Shown here piece after piece: positions 49,631 to 57,484 of a DNA stretch of 64,000 nt (its first letter is position 1; every line of letters starts with the position of its first letter). The notes under the pieces were generated by a model. That model worked only from the letters and a program-made list of their open reading frames with translations, was not told the origin of the DNA and ran no database searches. The stretch is from a virus (lineage: Duplodnaviria > Caudoviricetes): IMG/VR virus record IMGVR_UViG_3300028886_000036, positions 32,001 through 96,000 of that record; one strand, 5' to 3'. Made by a program: the position numbers and the translations under genes.

Positions 49631-50131
49631 TTGATTAACTCCCATATAGGAGGGATGAAAGGAGAAATGCAATTACTTAAAAATAAAATACTTCTAGTAA
49701 AAGAATTAGCTCTTAGACTTTATCATAAAGCTAAGGGAGATAAAGTTGATGGGGAAGGTCTGCCGCCAATGTTAGACAAACCAAAGAAGTCTATTGAGTA
49801 TAGTAACCTGGTTAGAAGAATGCTGTTATTTATATTTACAGCACAATGGACTATGTTACTGCTTACTTCAGAAAGAATGTATTTAAAGCATGGAGATATT
49901 GGTGCTAATTGGACCAAATTACTTATAGCTATTGTTGGAATGATGTCTGTTATATTAGGTTTTTACTTTAGCGGTCAGTATTCAGATAGAAATAGCGAAG
50001 AATTTAAAAAACTCAAAGAGTATGATAATGATAGATTTGATGAATACAAAGAAGAAGTAAAAGAATTTGCAGAGGATACTAGTGTAACTCCTAAAGCAGT
50101 TTTAGATGAAGATAAAGAGGATGATGAATAA
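49631..50131 (+). CDS. Two-TM membrane protein, holin-like
   Basis: Two hydrophobic helices ending ILGFYFS, charged tail. Confidence 0.5.
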   Translation: MINSHIGGMKGEMQLLKNKILLVKELALRLYHKAKGDKVDGEGLPPMLDKPKKSIEYSNLVRRMLLFIFTAQWTMLLLTSERMYLKHGDIGANWTKLLIAIVGMMSVILGFYFSGQYSDRNSEEFKKLKEYDNDRFDEYKEEVKEFAEDTSVTPKAVLDEDKEDDE

Positions 50132-50925
50132 TGTTTAATAAATTACAGCAATGGTTATTGAAATTAATAGGTAGTAGATTTTCATCAGTATCTATTATAA
50201 TGGTCCTTGGGTTCTTATGTTACTATTTTAATATTTCTGCAGCTACCTTGTTTGAATGGTATCATGGGGATATTAGTAAACTTACTGTTGCACTTAGCGT
50301 TGGAGCTTTAGTTTCATTATATATTTCTGCGGATCTCATTATGAGTAGATTAAAACATATAGGTGATAAAGTAGATCGTCATGATGTGGTATTTAATTCA
50401 GCCGCATCTATTAATGAAGATAATAAAAAGAATTTAAAAGTGGTCCTTAAAAAGATTGACAGTATAATACAAGAACTTGGCAATAGTTCCAATGTAGTTA
50501 TTATACTGATACAGCAAAGCATCTATTTAGTTAGACCATCAATAGATATAGTTGCTAGCCAATATTTAGGTTTATCTGGAACTTTGAATGATCTTCAAAA
50601 ACAAGCCTTAAGAAAGCATATTGATAATGAGAAGATTAAATTTATTAGAAATATGTCTTACTTTGTTACTAGATTCTTTGATCCAGATTTAAGAACTACT
50701 ATGTTCAATCAAATGATTAAAACTAGTATTGACAAGGCCTTTGAAAGATGCTATGATGGTTTAGTAGAAATTTTAGATAATGGGGATACTGATTATGCTT
50801 CCAAATTATCTAAAGTTAGAGTAGTTGAAGATCAAATTGTACAAGACTTATTAAAAGGCGTTCTAAATATCGATTATGATATGATAGATCCTAAATTTAA
50901 AAGTAGGATGCCTGTTGACTTATAA
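50131..50925 (+). CDS. Membrane protein (2 N-terminal TM helices)
   Basis: TAATG coupling; hydrophobic N-terminus. Confidence 0.6.
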   Translation: MFNKLQQWLLKLIGSRFSSVSIIMVLGFLCYYFNISAATLFEWYHGDISKLTVALSVGALVSLYISADLIMSRLKHIGDKVDRHDVVFNSAASINEDNKKNLKVVLKKIDSIIQELGNSSNVVIILIQQSIYLVRPSIDIVASQYLGLSGTLNDLQKQALRKHIDNEKIKFIRNMSYFVTRFFDPDLRTTMFNQMIKTSIDKAFERCYDGLVEILDNGDTDYASKLSKVRVVEDQIVQDLLKGVLNIDYDMIDPKFKSRMPVDL

Positions 50926-50943
50926 GAAAGACGGTGATATAAT

Positions 50944-51234
50944 ATGCCAGGAGCTGCAAGATTAGGTGATAGTTGCACTGGTCATGGTTGATTTCCCAGT
51001 AGAGTTAACGTAGAAGGAAGTCACGATGTATATATAAATGGTATTCCAGCACATCGACAAGGAGATGGTTGGGCAGTCCATTGTTGTGGAAAATCCTGAC
51101 ACGGTAGCTCATTAGCTGCAGGTGCAGCTAGGGTATATGTTAATGGTAAACAATTGGGTTATATTGGTGCTCCAGTAGCCTGTGGGAGTTCAGTTTCTTC
51201 GGGTTCAAGCGATGTAATAGTTAATCCAGCTTAA
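50944..51234 (+). CDS. PAAR/gp5.4-like spike-tip protein, 96 aa, with two in-frame TGA codons (candidate selenoprotein)
   Basis: MPGAARLGDSCTGHG*FPSR...HRQGDGWAVHCCGKS*HG...VYVNGKQLGYIGAPVACGSSV; GGTGA RBS; TGA at 50989 and 51097. Confidence 0.88.
51097..51142 (+). promoter_or_regulatory. Candidate bacterial SECIS element
   Basis: UGACACGG...UAGCUGC-AGGU-GCAGCUA hairpin starting 14 nt after UGA; resembles fdhF UGACACGG...UGC-AGGU. Confidence 0.7.
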
Positions 51235-51249
51235 GAAAGGAAGATTTAT

Positions 51250-51954
51250 ATGAGTTTTGTATTGCATGAGATATCAAACAATCTATTATTGAATGAAGAG
51301 GATATTCGTAATCTATTGCACAATCAAGTAATTGAAGATGCTAATAGAAATTTAGGTCTTAAAAAGTATAATGTTAATGCTACTGATATATGTGGATGTA
51401 TAAAGGCTCTATATTTTAAATTTAAGAATATAGAGCCATCTAATCCTCCATCCTATCCTTATTCTCCAATAGTACTTAATGTTGGTTCTGTTATACATAC
51501 TATAGTAGAAATGCTTTTAAAGCCAGAAGAAAAAGAAGTTTCTATTAGGTGTAGTCTACATGGTTTTAATTTGAATATGAGAGCAGATGCTATATATCAT
51601 AATAAGGTACTTCATGAATACAAAACTATTGATAATATAGATGAGAAAACTACTTGTAAAGAAGATCATTTAAAGCAAGCAGTAATTTATACGTATCTAT
51701 TAAATACCTATTGTAATAGATCTATTGAATGGATACAAATTATCTATATTGCTAGAGGTAAAGTTAATGTCAAGGTGTTTAACATACAAGTAACACCAGA
51801 ATTGATGTCTAAAGTAAAAGATAGATTAGACAGACAATTAAGTTATTTAAGAACTTGTTTAGATAGTAATACTGTACCTTCATTTGAAAATGAATTTTGT
51901 AAATGCAGTAAATTCTGTGAGTATTATGAGTTCTGTAAATCATTATCATCATAA
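51250..51954 (+). CDS. Cas4-like PD-(D/E)XK exonuclease
   Basis: N-terminal C, G..IH, RADA...EYKT, Q...Y, C-terminal C..C...C Fe-S-type cluster. Confidence 0.8.
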   Translation: MSFVLHEISNNLLLNEEDIRNLLHNQVIEDANRNLGLKKYNVNATDICGCIKALYFKFKNIEPSNPPSYPYSPIVLNVGSVIHTIVEMLLKPEEKEVSIRCSLHGFNLNMRADAIYHNKVLHEYKTIDNIDEKTTCKEDHLKQAVIYTYLLNTYCNRSIEWIQIIYIARGKVNVKVFNIQVTPELMSKVKDRLDRQLSYLRTCLDSNTVPSFENEFCKCSKFCEYYEFCKSLSS

Positions 51955-51975
51955 TATAGAAAGGATGTCTTATTA

Positions 51976-52584
51976 ATGCTTTTTGGATTAGAGTTCAAGG
52001 ATCTTAGTAAGTTTTTTATTAGGCTGGATGATGTTAGTCTGGAGAATATCATCCCACTTAAAACTGAACAAGAATATACTGGTTGGAGATTTACATTTAG
52101 TGATGAGGTAGTGTGGTTGCCAATTGGTAATGTTAATGAAGTACTAGATTATGCAGTTGCTTTTAAACTGTTGTCTAATGCTGGATTGTATAATGTATTT
52201 AATGACTATACTGTGTATGGTGATGATGTTGGATTAGTAAATAAAGTTCTTTCTATCACAAATAAAGATATTGTTAAGAATATGACCAATAATAAAAACA
52301 TTGAGATCAATCTTAACACTATTACTCCAATGCATATTGAAGAAGAATCTGTTGAAAAAACCAAACATGTTGGAGTTTTCTTTGATGACTGTATTGATTA
52401 TTTAGTTCATGATGATACTTTAGATGAAATCTATTTAATGACTAAAGGAAATGCAGTAGATATTGCTGGCTATTTGTTTTCTTTGCAGATGGCTACCTTT
52501 AGAAAAGATAGACAAGTTCTTTGTGAAAGAGTATGGCTTTGCAACGATCTTGCATTAATGAAGTTTAAGATTGTAAGAAGTTAA
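51976..52584 (+). CDS. Hypothetical protein
   Basis: AAAGGA RBS; 202 aa. Confidence 0.75.
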   Translation: MLFGLEFKDLSKFFIRLDDVSLENIIPLKTEQEYTGWRFTFSDEVVWLPIGNVNEVLDYAVAFKLLSNAGLYNVFNDYTVYGDDVGLVNKVLSITNKDIVKNMTNNKNIEINLNTITPMHIEEESVEKTKHVGVFFDDCIDYLVHDDTLDEIYLMTKGNAVDIAGYLFSLQMATFRKDRQVLCERVWLCNDLALMKFKIVRS

Positions 52585-52587
52585 AAA

Positions 52588-52631
52588 TAAAAACCCTAGA
52601 AGAGATGTAAAGTCTCCTCTAGGGTTTATTA
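52588..52631. terminator. Bidirectional intrinsic terminator
   Basis: AAACCCTAGA...TCTAGGGTTT between convergent genes. Confidence 0.7.
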
Positions 52632-52946
52632 TTATCCTAACGTATTTTTATACCTGCTGCACATTCTAAAGAAAGTATAAGATATACTGCACATTATTAA
52701 AGAAGTGTGCATCTTTTTGTTATTGAAATCACACTCTTTTGAACAAACACCATTACACCATTTAAAGTGCCTAATAGAACTTTTTATAATATACGTATTG
52801 TATGGACACTGGTAGTTATCTACGCTATGTGTTTCAGAGAAAGTTTTTTTAGGTTCACATCTCTTACAGGTAGTAAACTTTAAACAATTATTTAACATAA
52901 TTGCAGCGCAGAATAATCTAAAACTAATTACTTGATTAGGAGTCAT
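52632..52946 (-). CDS. Small Cys-rich hypothetical protein
   Basis: CLKFTTCKRC and CNGVCSKEC units. Confidence 0.7.
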   Translation of the reverse strand: MTPNQVISFRLFCAAIMLNNCLKFTTCKRCEPKKTFSETHSVDNYQCPYNTYIIKSSIRHFKWCNGVCSKECDFNNKKMHTSLIMCSISYTFFRMCSRYKNTLG

Positions 52947-52953
52947 TTAATGA

Positions 52954-53406
52954 TTACTCATTAACTTTATCATCCTTATTTACAACCAACCTAATAGTTG
53001 CAACATATTCTACGTTTTCATTAGTAGCATTACAAAAATCTTCTTTACGGTTATCTTCAAGTAGTCTATCCCACCAATTTAAAGTTCCTTGAGAAGTCAT
53101 CACAAAATATACTTTATCACTGATATAAATAAGATCTTGTTCTAGACCTTCAATAAGTTCTTCAGAGACATTAGTCTCATCAGCATAATATTTTGTGTAC
53201 TTGATTTCTTTAGTGGCACTATCAAATTTGGTACCAATAAACCTGTTTTCACCATTGATGAAATCAATAAATACTTTCTTCAGTTCTTCAAAGTTATTTG
53301 CATAATAAGTCTTTGTAAATCCATTATCATAAGTAGTATTCTTATCAAAATCATAGCTATAACCATTAATCTTAATCTTAAACTTGAAGTTGTTGTTCTC
53401 AGTCAT
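52954..53406 (-). CDS. Hypothetical protein
   Basis: GGAGG RBS precedes MTENNNFK. Confidence 0.75.
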   Translation of the reverse strand: MTENNNFKFKIKINGYSYDFDKNTTYDNGFTKTYYANNFEELKKVFIDFINGENRFIGTKFDSATKEIKYTKYYADETNVSEELIEGLEQDLIYISDKVYFVMTSQGTLNWWDRLLEDNRKEDFCNATNENVEYVATIRLVVNKDDKVNE

Positions 53407-53431
53407 TGTTAACAATCCTCCTGGTTTGATT

Positions 53432-53866
53432 TTATTTAAAGTTAAGCAATTTACCCAAAGATAATTTACATTCAGATGTAGTATTATTAGCGCCTTTAAA
53501 TTTACAAAAACTACAGTCATAGACATTATTGTAGCACCAATATGATACAGCGCTACAGTAATTAGCTAATATTGGTAAATCTATATGTGATTTACCTAGG
53601 TTTGGATCATATGCATAGTAAAGGAAATGCCCTGCAATTTTTAACTCTCTGTGTTTGTACTGCCATTCTTCAGGAGGGCTTTTTAAAGTACAACAGCCAC
53701 ATACATTAAACTTACAGGTACTACATCCTTTATACAAACAATGGTTATTTAAACAAATATACATTAACTTATTAGCTATATTGATATTGTTCCATAACAC
53801 TTTTTTATTAGTTGAAGTCATATGTTTTTTAAAGAAGTCTCTAAGCACGATGTACAATCCTCTCAA
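53432..53866 (-). CDS. Small Cys-rich hypothetical protein
   Basis: CLYKGCSTCKF and CYNNVYDCSFCKF units. Confidence 0.7.
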   Translation of the reverse strand: MRGLYIVLRDFFKKHMTSTNKKVLWNNINIANKLMYICLNNHCLYKGCSTCKFNVCGCCTLKSPPEEWQYKHRELKIAGHFLYYAYDPNLGKSHIDLPILANYCSAVSYWCYNNVYDCSFCKFKGANNTTSECKLSLGKLLNFK

Positions 53867-54261
53867 TCAAATGGTTTATTTTCATAAATTACAAATCTAA
53901 ATATGTTGCGCAATTCTTTTACACTTCCAGTTATATCTCCACAAGATGGTCCATTGCTTCCAATAGGACGCCTATAATAAAAGCATAAATTACAGGCTGG
54001 TAAGTTACAACTTTTCTTGAAGAAGTAGTTATTCATTAAGTTATTGAGTTTAGTTCTAATCTTGTCATTATCTTGTTTACTTAAGCATGCGTTGAATTCG
54101 TCTGGAGTAATACCAAATAAGCACCTTCTTCTATTAGTAATTGGAATAACCATATTATAAACATTACATTCAAATACACAGTTATAACAATGATCATTAT
54201 TAAGACAAATATTATACAACATTATTTGAAGTACAACCTGTTTTCTTTTTGAACAAATTAT
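53863..54261 (-). CDS. Small Cys-rich hypothetical protein (probable ATA start)
   Basis: GGAGGT 7 nt before in-frame ATA; CLNNDHCYNCVF. Confidence 0.65.
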   Translation of the reverse strand: MICSKRKQVVLQIMLYNICLNNDHCYNCVFECNVYNMVIPITNRRRCLFGITPDEFNACLSKQDNDKIRTKLNNLMNNYFFKKSCNLPACNLCFYYRRPIGSNGPSCGDITGSVKELRNIFRFVIYENKPFD

Positions 54262-54302
54262 AGAGAATACCTCCTGATTGAGTATTAGAAAGATGGAGAA
54301 CA

Positions 54303-54324
54303 CTGATATAATATATTTATAAAA
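54303..54324 (-). promoter_or_regulatory. Putative phage early promoter motif
   Basis: ttttataaatatattatatcag. Confidence 0.55.
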
Positions 54325-54362
54325 GTATAGATAACTTAATAAAAGGAAAGAGGTGATGTAAA

Positions 54363-54965
54363 ATACCTACTATAAAGAAACTAAAAATTAAAGTAGACCC
54401 AGATATGACACCGCAAGAAGTTGGTGATGAAATGAGTAAAGGTCTACATATGATGAAACATTTTGAAAAAGAAATGAATCATCATCCATTTGGTCATAAG
54501 TTAATAGCTATTGGTAAACCTATGATGCTTGGAGGGTTACATAATGCAATGGGAATGATGGAACCAGAAGTAATGCATCATATGTGCCATCATAGAGGAC
54601 ATCATCATTGTAAATCACTTGTTAACAATATTGTTAAAGGGATTATACTGTTTCTTATTTGGAAGATATTTGAAAGTATTGATAATAGATGCTGTGGAAT
54701 GTGTGAAAGTGAATGTATTAGAAAGTTTAAGAATGATTTAAATGAGTGTTATAGTAAAATTAGAAAGGTTAACAGTTTATTGAATGAAAGTTATTTAGGG
54801 TTAAGTAAAGAAAGTAGAATTGCTATGAAAATTAAAGGGTTAAAAATGCTTGAAGATTATGTAAATAACATTAGAAATCAAACTAAAGATTCTAGAAATG
54901 CTAAGGGTATTGATATCTACAGAGCATTTAATGATGCTAGAGTTAATATGTTTGTTATGGAATAG
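54363..54965 (+). CDS. His/Met/Cys-rich hypothetical protein (probable ATA start)
   Basis: GAGGTG RBS before in-frame ATA-CCT; MHHMCHHRGHHHC. Confidence 0.7.
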   Translation: MPTIKKLKIKVDPDMTPQEVGDEMSKGLHMMKHFEKEMNHHPFGHKLIAIGKPMMLGGLHNAMGMMEPEVMHHMCHHRGHHHCKSLVNNIVKGIILFLIWKIFESIDNRCCGMCESECIRKFKNDLNECYSKIRKVNSLLNESYLGLSKESRIAMKIKGLKMLEDYVNNIRNQTKDSRNAKGIDIYRAFNDARVNMFVME

Positions 54966-54979
54966 AGGTCTTAGTAAAA

Positions 54980-56320
54980 ATGAAATATAAACTTAAATTG
55001 AAAGAAGATAATTTGCCATATTTTGAAAAACTTAGAAAAGCCGTTAATGATACATATAATTCAGATCTTCAAGCATATGCAAAGCCATTATTAAAGAAAG
55101 CCGATTTATATAATAGCCTTGGATATTCTAGAAAAGCAATGGATATACTTGATAAGTATGAATATAGTATAAAAAAATTTGCCGGGCTTGGTAATGTTAA
55201 ACTTCCAAATGGTCAGATGAGTAACTCTGTGTTAGACAGAATAAACAAACTTAAAAGTGCTTTAAGTTTAGGAAATCAAAACTTAGCTAGGAACATTTCT
55301 AGAGACCCGGAACAAATAATAGGAAAGTCTTCGAATCCGTTGTCACTTAATGCAATACCAAATTTTGATAATACATATACCCCAAGTAATTTTAATGATA
55401 TAAAAGCTAACAATGCTATGAGAATGAGTCAATACTATAGAGATATAGCAGCTAATCCAAAGGATCAAAAGTTTTATATAAATAGGATATCTAAATTGAA
55501 TGATATTAATAATGCTGAAAGAGATTCTATTTCTTTAGTAGATAGTGAAGATGCACAACAAGGTATTAAAATACAAAATAGTATTGATAAAGCTAACAGC
55601 GATTTGTCTATGAAAAAGTGGCAGGATCAGATTAATGCTGAAGAAGCTAAAAAAGCAGCTGAGCATGAAAAATTACTTGCTAAGCAGCGTTCTAATGAAA
55701 TTGTTAGAGAAAAGCAACAGAAAGATTTAGGAGATAAGTCTTCTGCAAAAGCTAGCGAAATTAAAGAAAAGAATCTTAATCGTGACTCTTCGTCTAATAA
55801 TATCGTATCTAATAATTCATCTAGTAGTCAATCTAGTTCTCCTTCGGATTCTACTGATTGGGGAAAGGTTGCAATTTATACTATTGTAGCTATTATAGTA
55901 GCTTATATCGTTTATAAGATAGTAAAGTGGCTATATAATTGGTATAAGAAAAGAAAGTCTAATAAAACTTATGAGTCATTTTATAGTGTATCAAGTTTTA
56001 TAATTTGCGAAGCGGATGAAACTCATCAAGTTGGAAGTATTTATAATATAATGATGAGTCCTATTATAAAATTTTTTAAAAGTGTTTTTAAAGGTATTAG
56101 TGCTATTATATCGTTTATAATGAAAACTATAGCATGGGGTGCTAGTAAATTATATAAATGGTTTACTAGCATTTTTAAGAGTAATAATTCAACAGAAGAA
56201 CTTAAAGACCAATATAATAATACTATATCTAGAATAAACAAGATAGCAAATACTAGTGTTCTTAAAGATAAAGTGTCTAATGTAGTTAAATCTATGCCAA
56301 AACTAAGTGAGTATATGTAA
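54980..56320 (+). CDS. Hypothetical protein with one TM helix (possibly virion-associated)
   Basis: 446-aa ORF; VAIYTIVAIIVAYIVY helix followed by basic residues. Confidence 0.7.
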   Translation: MKYKLKLKEDNLPYFEKLRKAVNDTYNSDLQAYAKPLLKKADLYNSLGYSRKAMDILDKYEYSIKKFAGLGNVKLPNGQMSNSVLDRINKLKSALSLGNQNLARNISRDPEQIIGKSSNPLSLNAIPNFDNTYTPSNFNDIKANNAMRMSQYYRDIAANPKDQKFYINRISKLNDINNAERDSISLVDSEDAQQGIKIQNSIDKANSDLSMKKWQDQINAEEAKKAAEHEKLLAKQRSNEIVREKQQKDLGDKSSAKASEIKEKNLNRDSSSNNIVSNNSSSSQSSSPSDSTDWGKVAIYTIVAIIVAYIVYKIVKWLYNWYKKRKSNKTYESFYSVSSFIICEADETHQVGSIYNIMMSPIIKFFKSVFKGISAIISFIMKTIAWGASKLYKWFTSIFKSNNSTEELKDQYNNTISRINKIANTSVLKDKVSNVVKSMPKLSEYM

Positions 56321-56368
56321 AATGAAGTACAAATTTAAAAGCTTCGTTCACCAGCATAAATACACATC

Positions 56369-56397
56369 TTGATTTTGATCTAGAGCTGTGCTATAAT
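56369..56397 (+). promoter_or_regulatory. Sigma70/SigA-type promoter with extended -10
   Basis: TTGATT-17 nt-TATAAT with TG at the extended -10 position. Confidence 0.6.
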
Positions 56398-56434
56398 AAC
56401 CTCATCTAAATTTGGATGAAGGGAAGAGATCAGA

Positions 56435-57391
56435 ATGGGTTTAAACTTGTTTCAGTTTTTGAAATCAATATGCAACTTTAAACTGCTCTCTTCTACTGGG
56501 AATATCCAATCAGATTTAGATTATTACTATAATCAAACATATCAAGATACAAACCAAATGCTAGTGGATTTTAGTTCAGTATATAATGAGTTTTGGAAAG
56601 AAGTAAACATCCCTAAAATTAGTTCGTCCAATGCTCTTAATATTAAACTAGTTAATCCAGAACAAGGTTGTTACAAACATATAATGAAGATAGACTTTAA
56701 GAGAGCTTTTACCAACTACGTAGTACAATTGATGAATGCTGATGAGCTATCTCTTTATAATTATTATTGTAACAAAGTGTCTAGAATGTATATGTTTGAA
56801 TCTAGTAAGAAGTATTTGTATAACTACTTCTTGACCAACATTATAGACAACAATAAGTTGAAAGAGTTAAGATACAATGTCTATGAAGATGTGTTGTATT
56901 TAGCATCTCATTATGGTGATATAATCAAGTCTGAAGTTGATGGTTGTTATGTCCAAACCAATAGGGAAGATTGTGCTTATTATGATGTATATGGTGAGTA
57001 TAATACTAAACTATATGATAATATTTACTTTGTAGATAAACTACAGATAATGCAAAGAAAAGACAAGGTGCAAATTAAAGGTATCACTAAGAATACTCCA
57101 AATATAGTATATAAGTTGTTTAGAGATATAGTTAAAGAGAAAGATGATAGAGTTATCTATAATTATTTCACTGATAAGAGCATTCATATTTCTGATTGGT
57201 TTCATAAAAGTGATGATGGTAACTCTATTAAGATCATGTTAAAGAACATGACAGTTAATGCTAAAACTGAAACTTATGAGGATATCAAGAAGATACAGAA
57301 ATATAGTGAGTATATTAACAGAGATAAATATTTTGATAGTGTAAAGAATACTTTGATCAGACTAATGAACCAAATTATTCTGAACAAATAG
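56435..57391 (+). CDS. Divergent family-B DNA polymerase palm-like protein
   Basis: IMKIDFKRAF (motif A-like), KSEVDGCYV (motif C-like), IKGI. Confidence 0.45.
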   Translation: MGLNLFQFLKSICNFKLLSSTGNIQSDLDYYYNQTYQDTNQMLVDFSSVYNEFWKEVNIPKISSSNALNIKLVNPEQGCYKHIMKIDFKRAFTNYVVQLMNADELSLYNYYCNKVSRMYMFESSKKYLYNYFLTNIIDNNKLKELRYNVYEDVLYLASHYGDIIKSEVDGCYVQTNREDCAYYDVYGEYNTKLYDNIYFVDKLQIMQRKDKVQIKGITKNTPNIVYKLFRDIVKEKDDRVIYNYFTDKSIHISDWFHKSDDGNSIKIMLKNMTVNAKTETYEDIKKIQKYSEYINRDKYFDSVKNTLIRLMNQIILNK

Positions 57392-57484
57392 TAGACCATA
57401 TAAAGGCTACTTTTCATTCATTACCTTGGGTGGGGTAAGAGATGAATTGTGGTCTTTTTTATTGTATGGTACTAAAAAATTCTT

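Noticed and set aside
50944-51234. PAAR gene as a simple pseudogene
   Set aside because: Both lesions are TGA at Cys-type columns, with no frameshift, TAA or TAG, intact ligands and RBS, and a SECIS-like hairpin. Not formally excluded without read data and homologs.
51250-51954. CRISPR-Cas locus
   Set aside because: Solo Cas4-like nuclease with no cas1/cas2 or array; common in phages.
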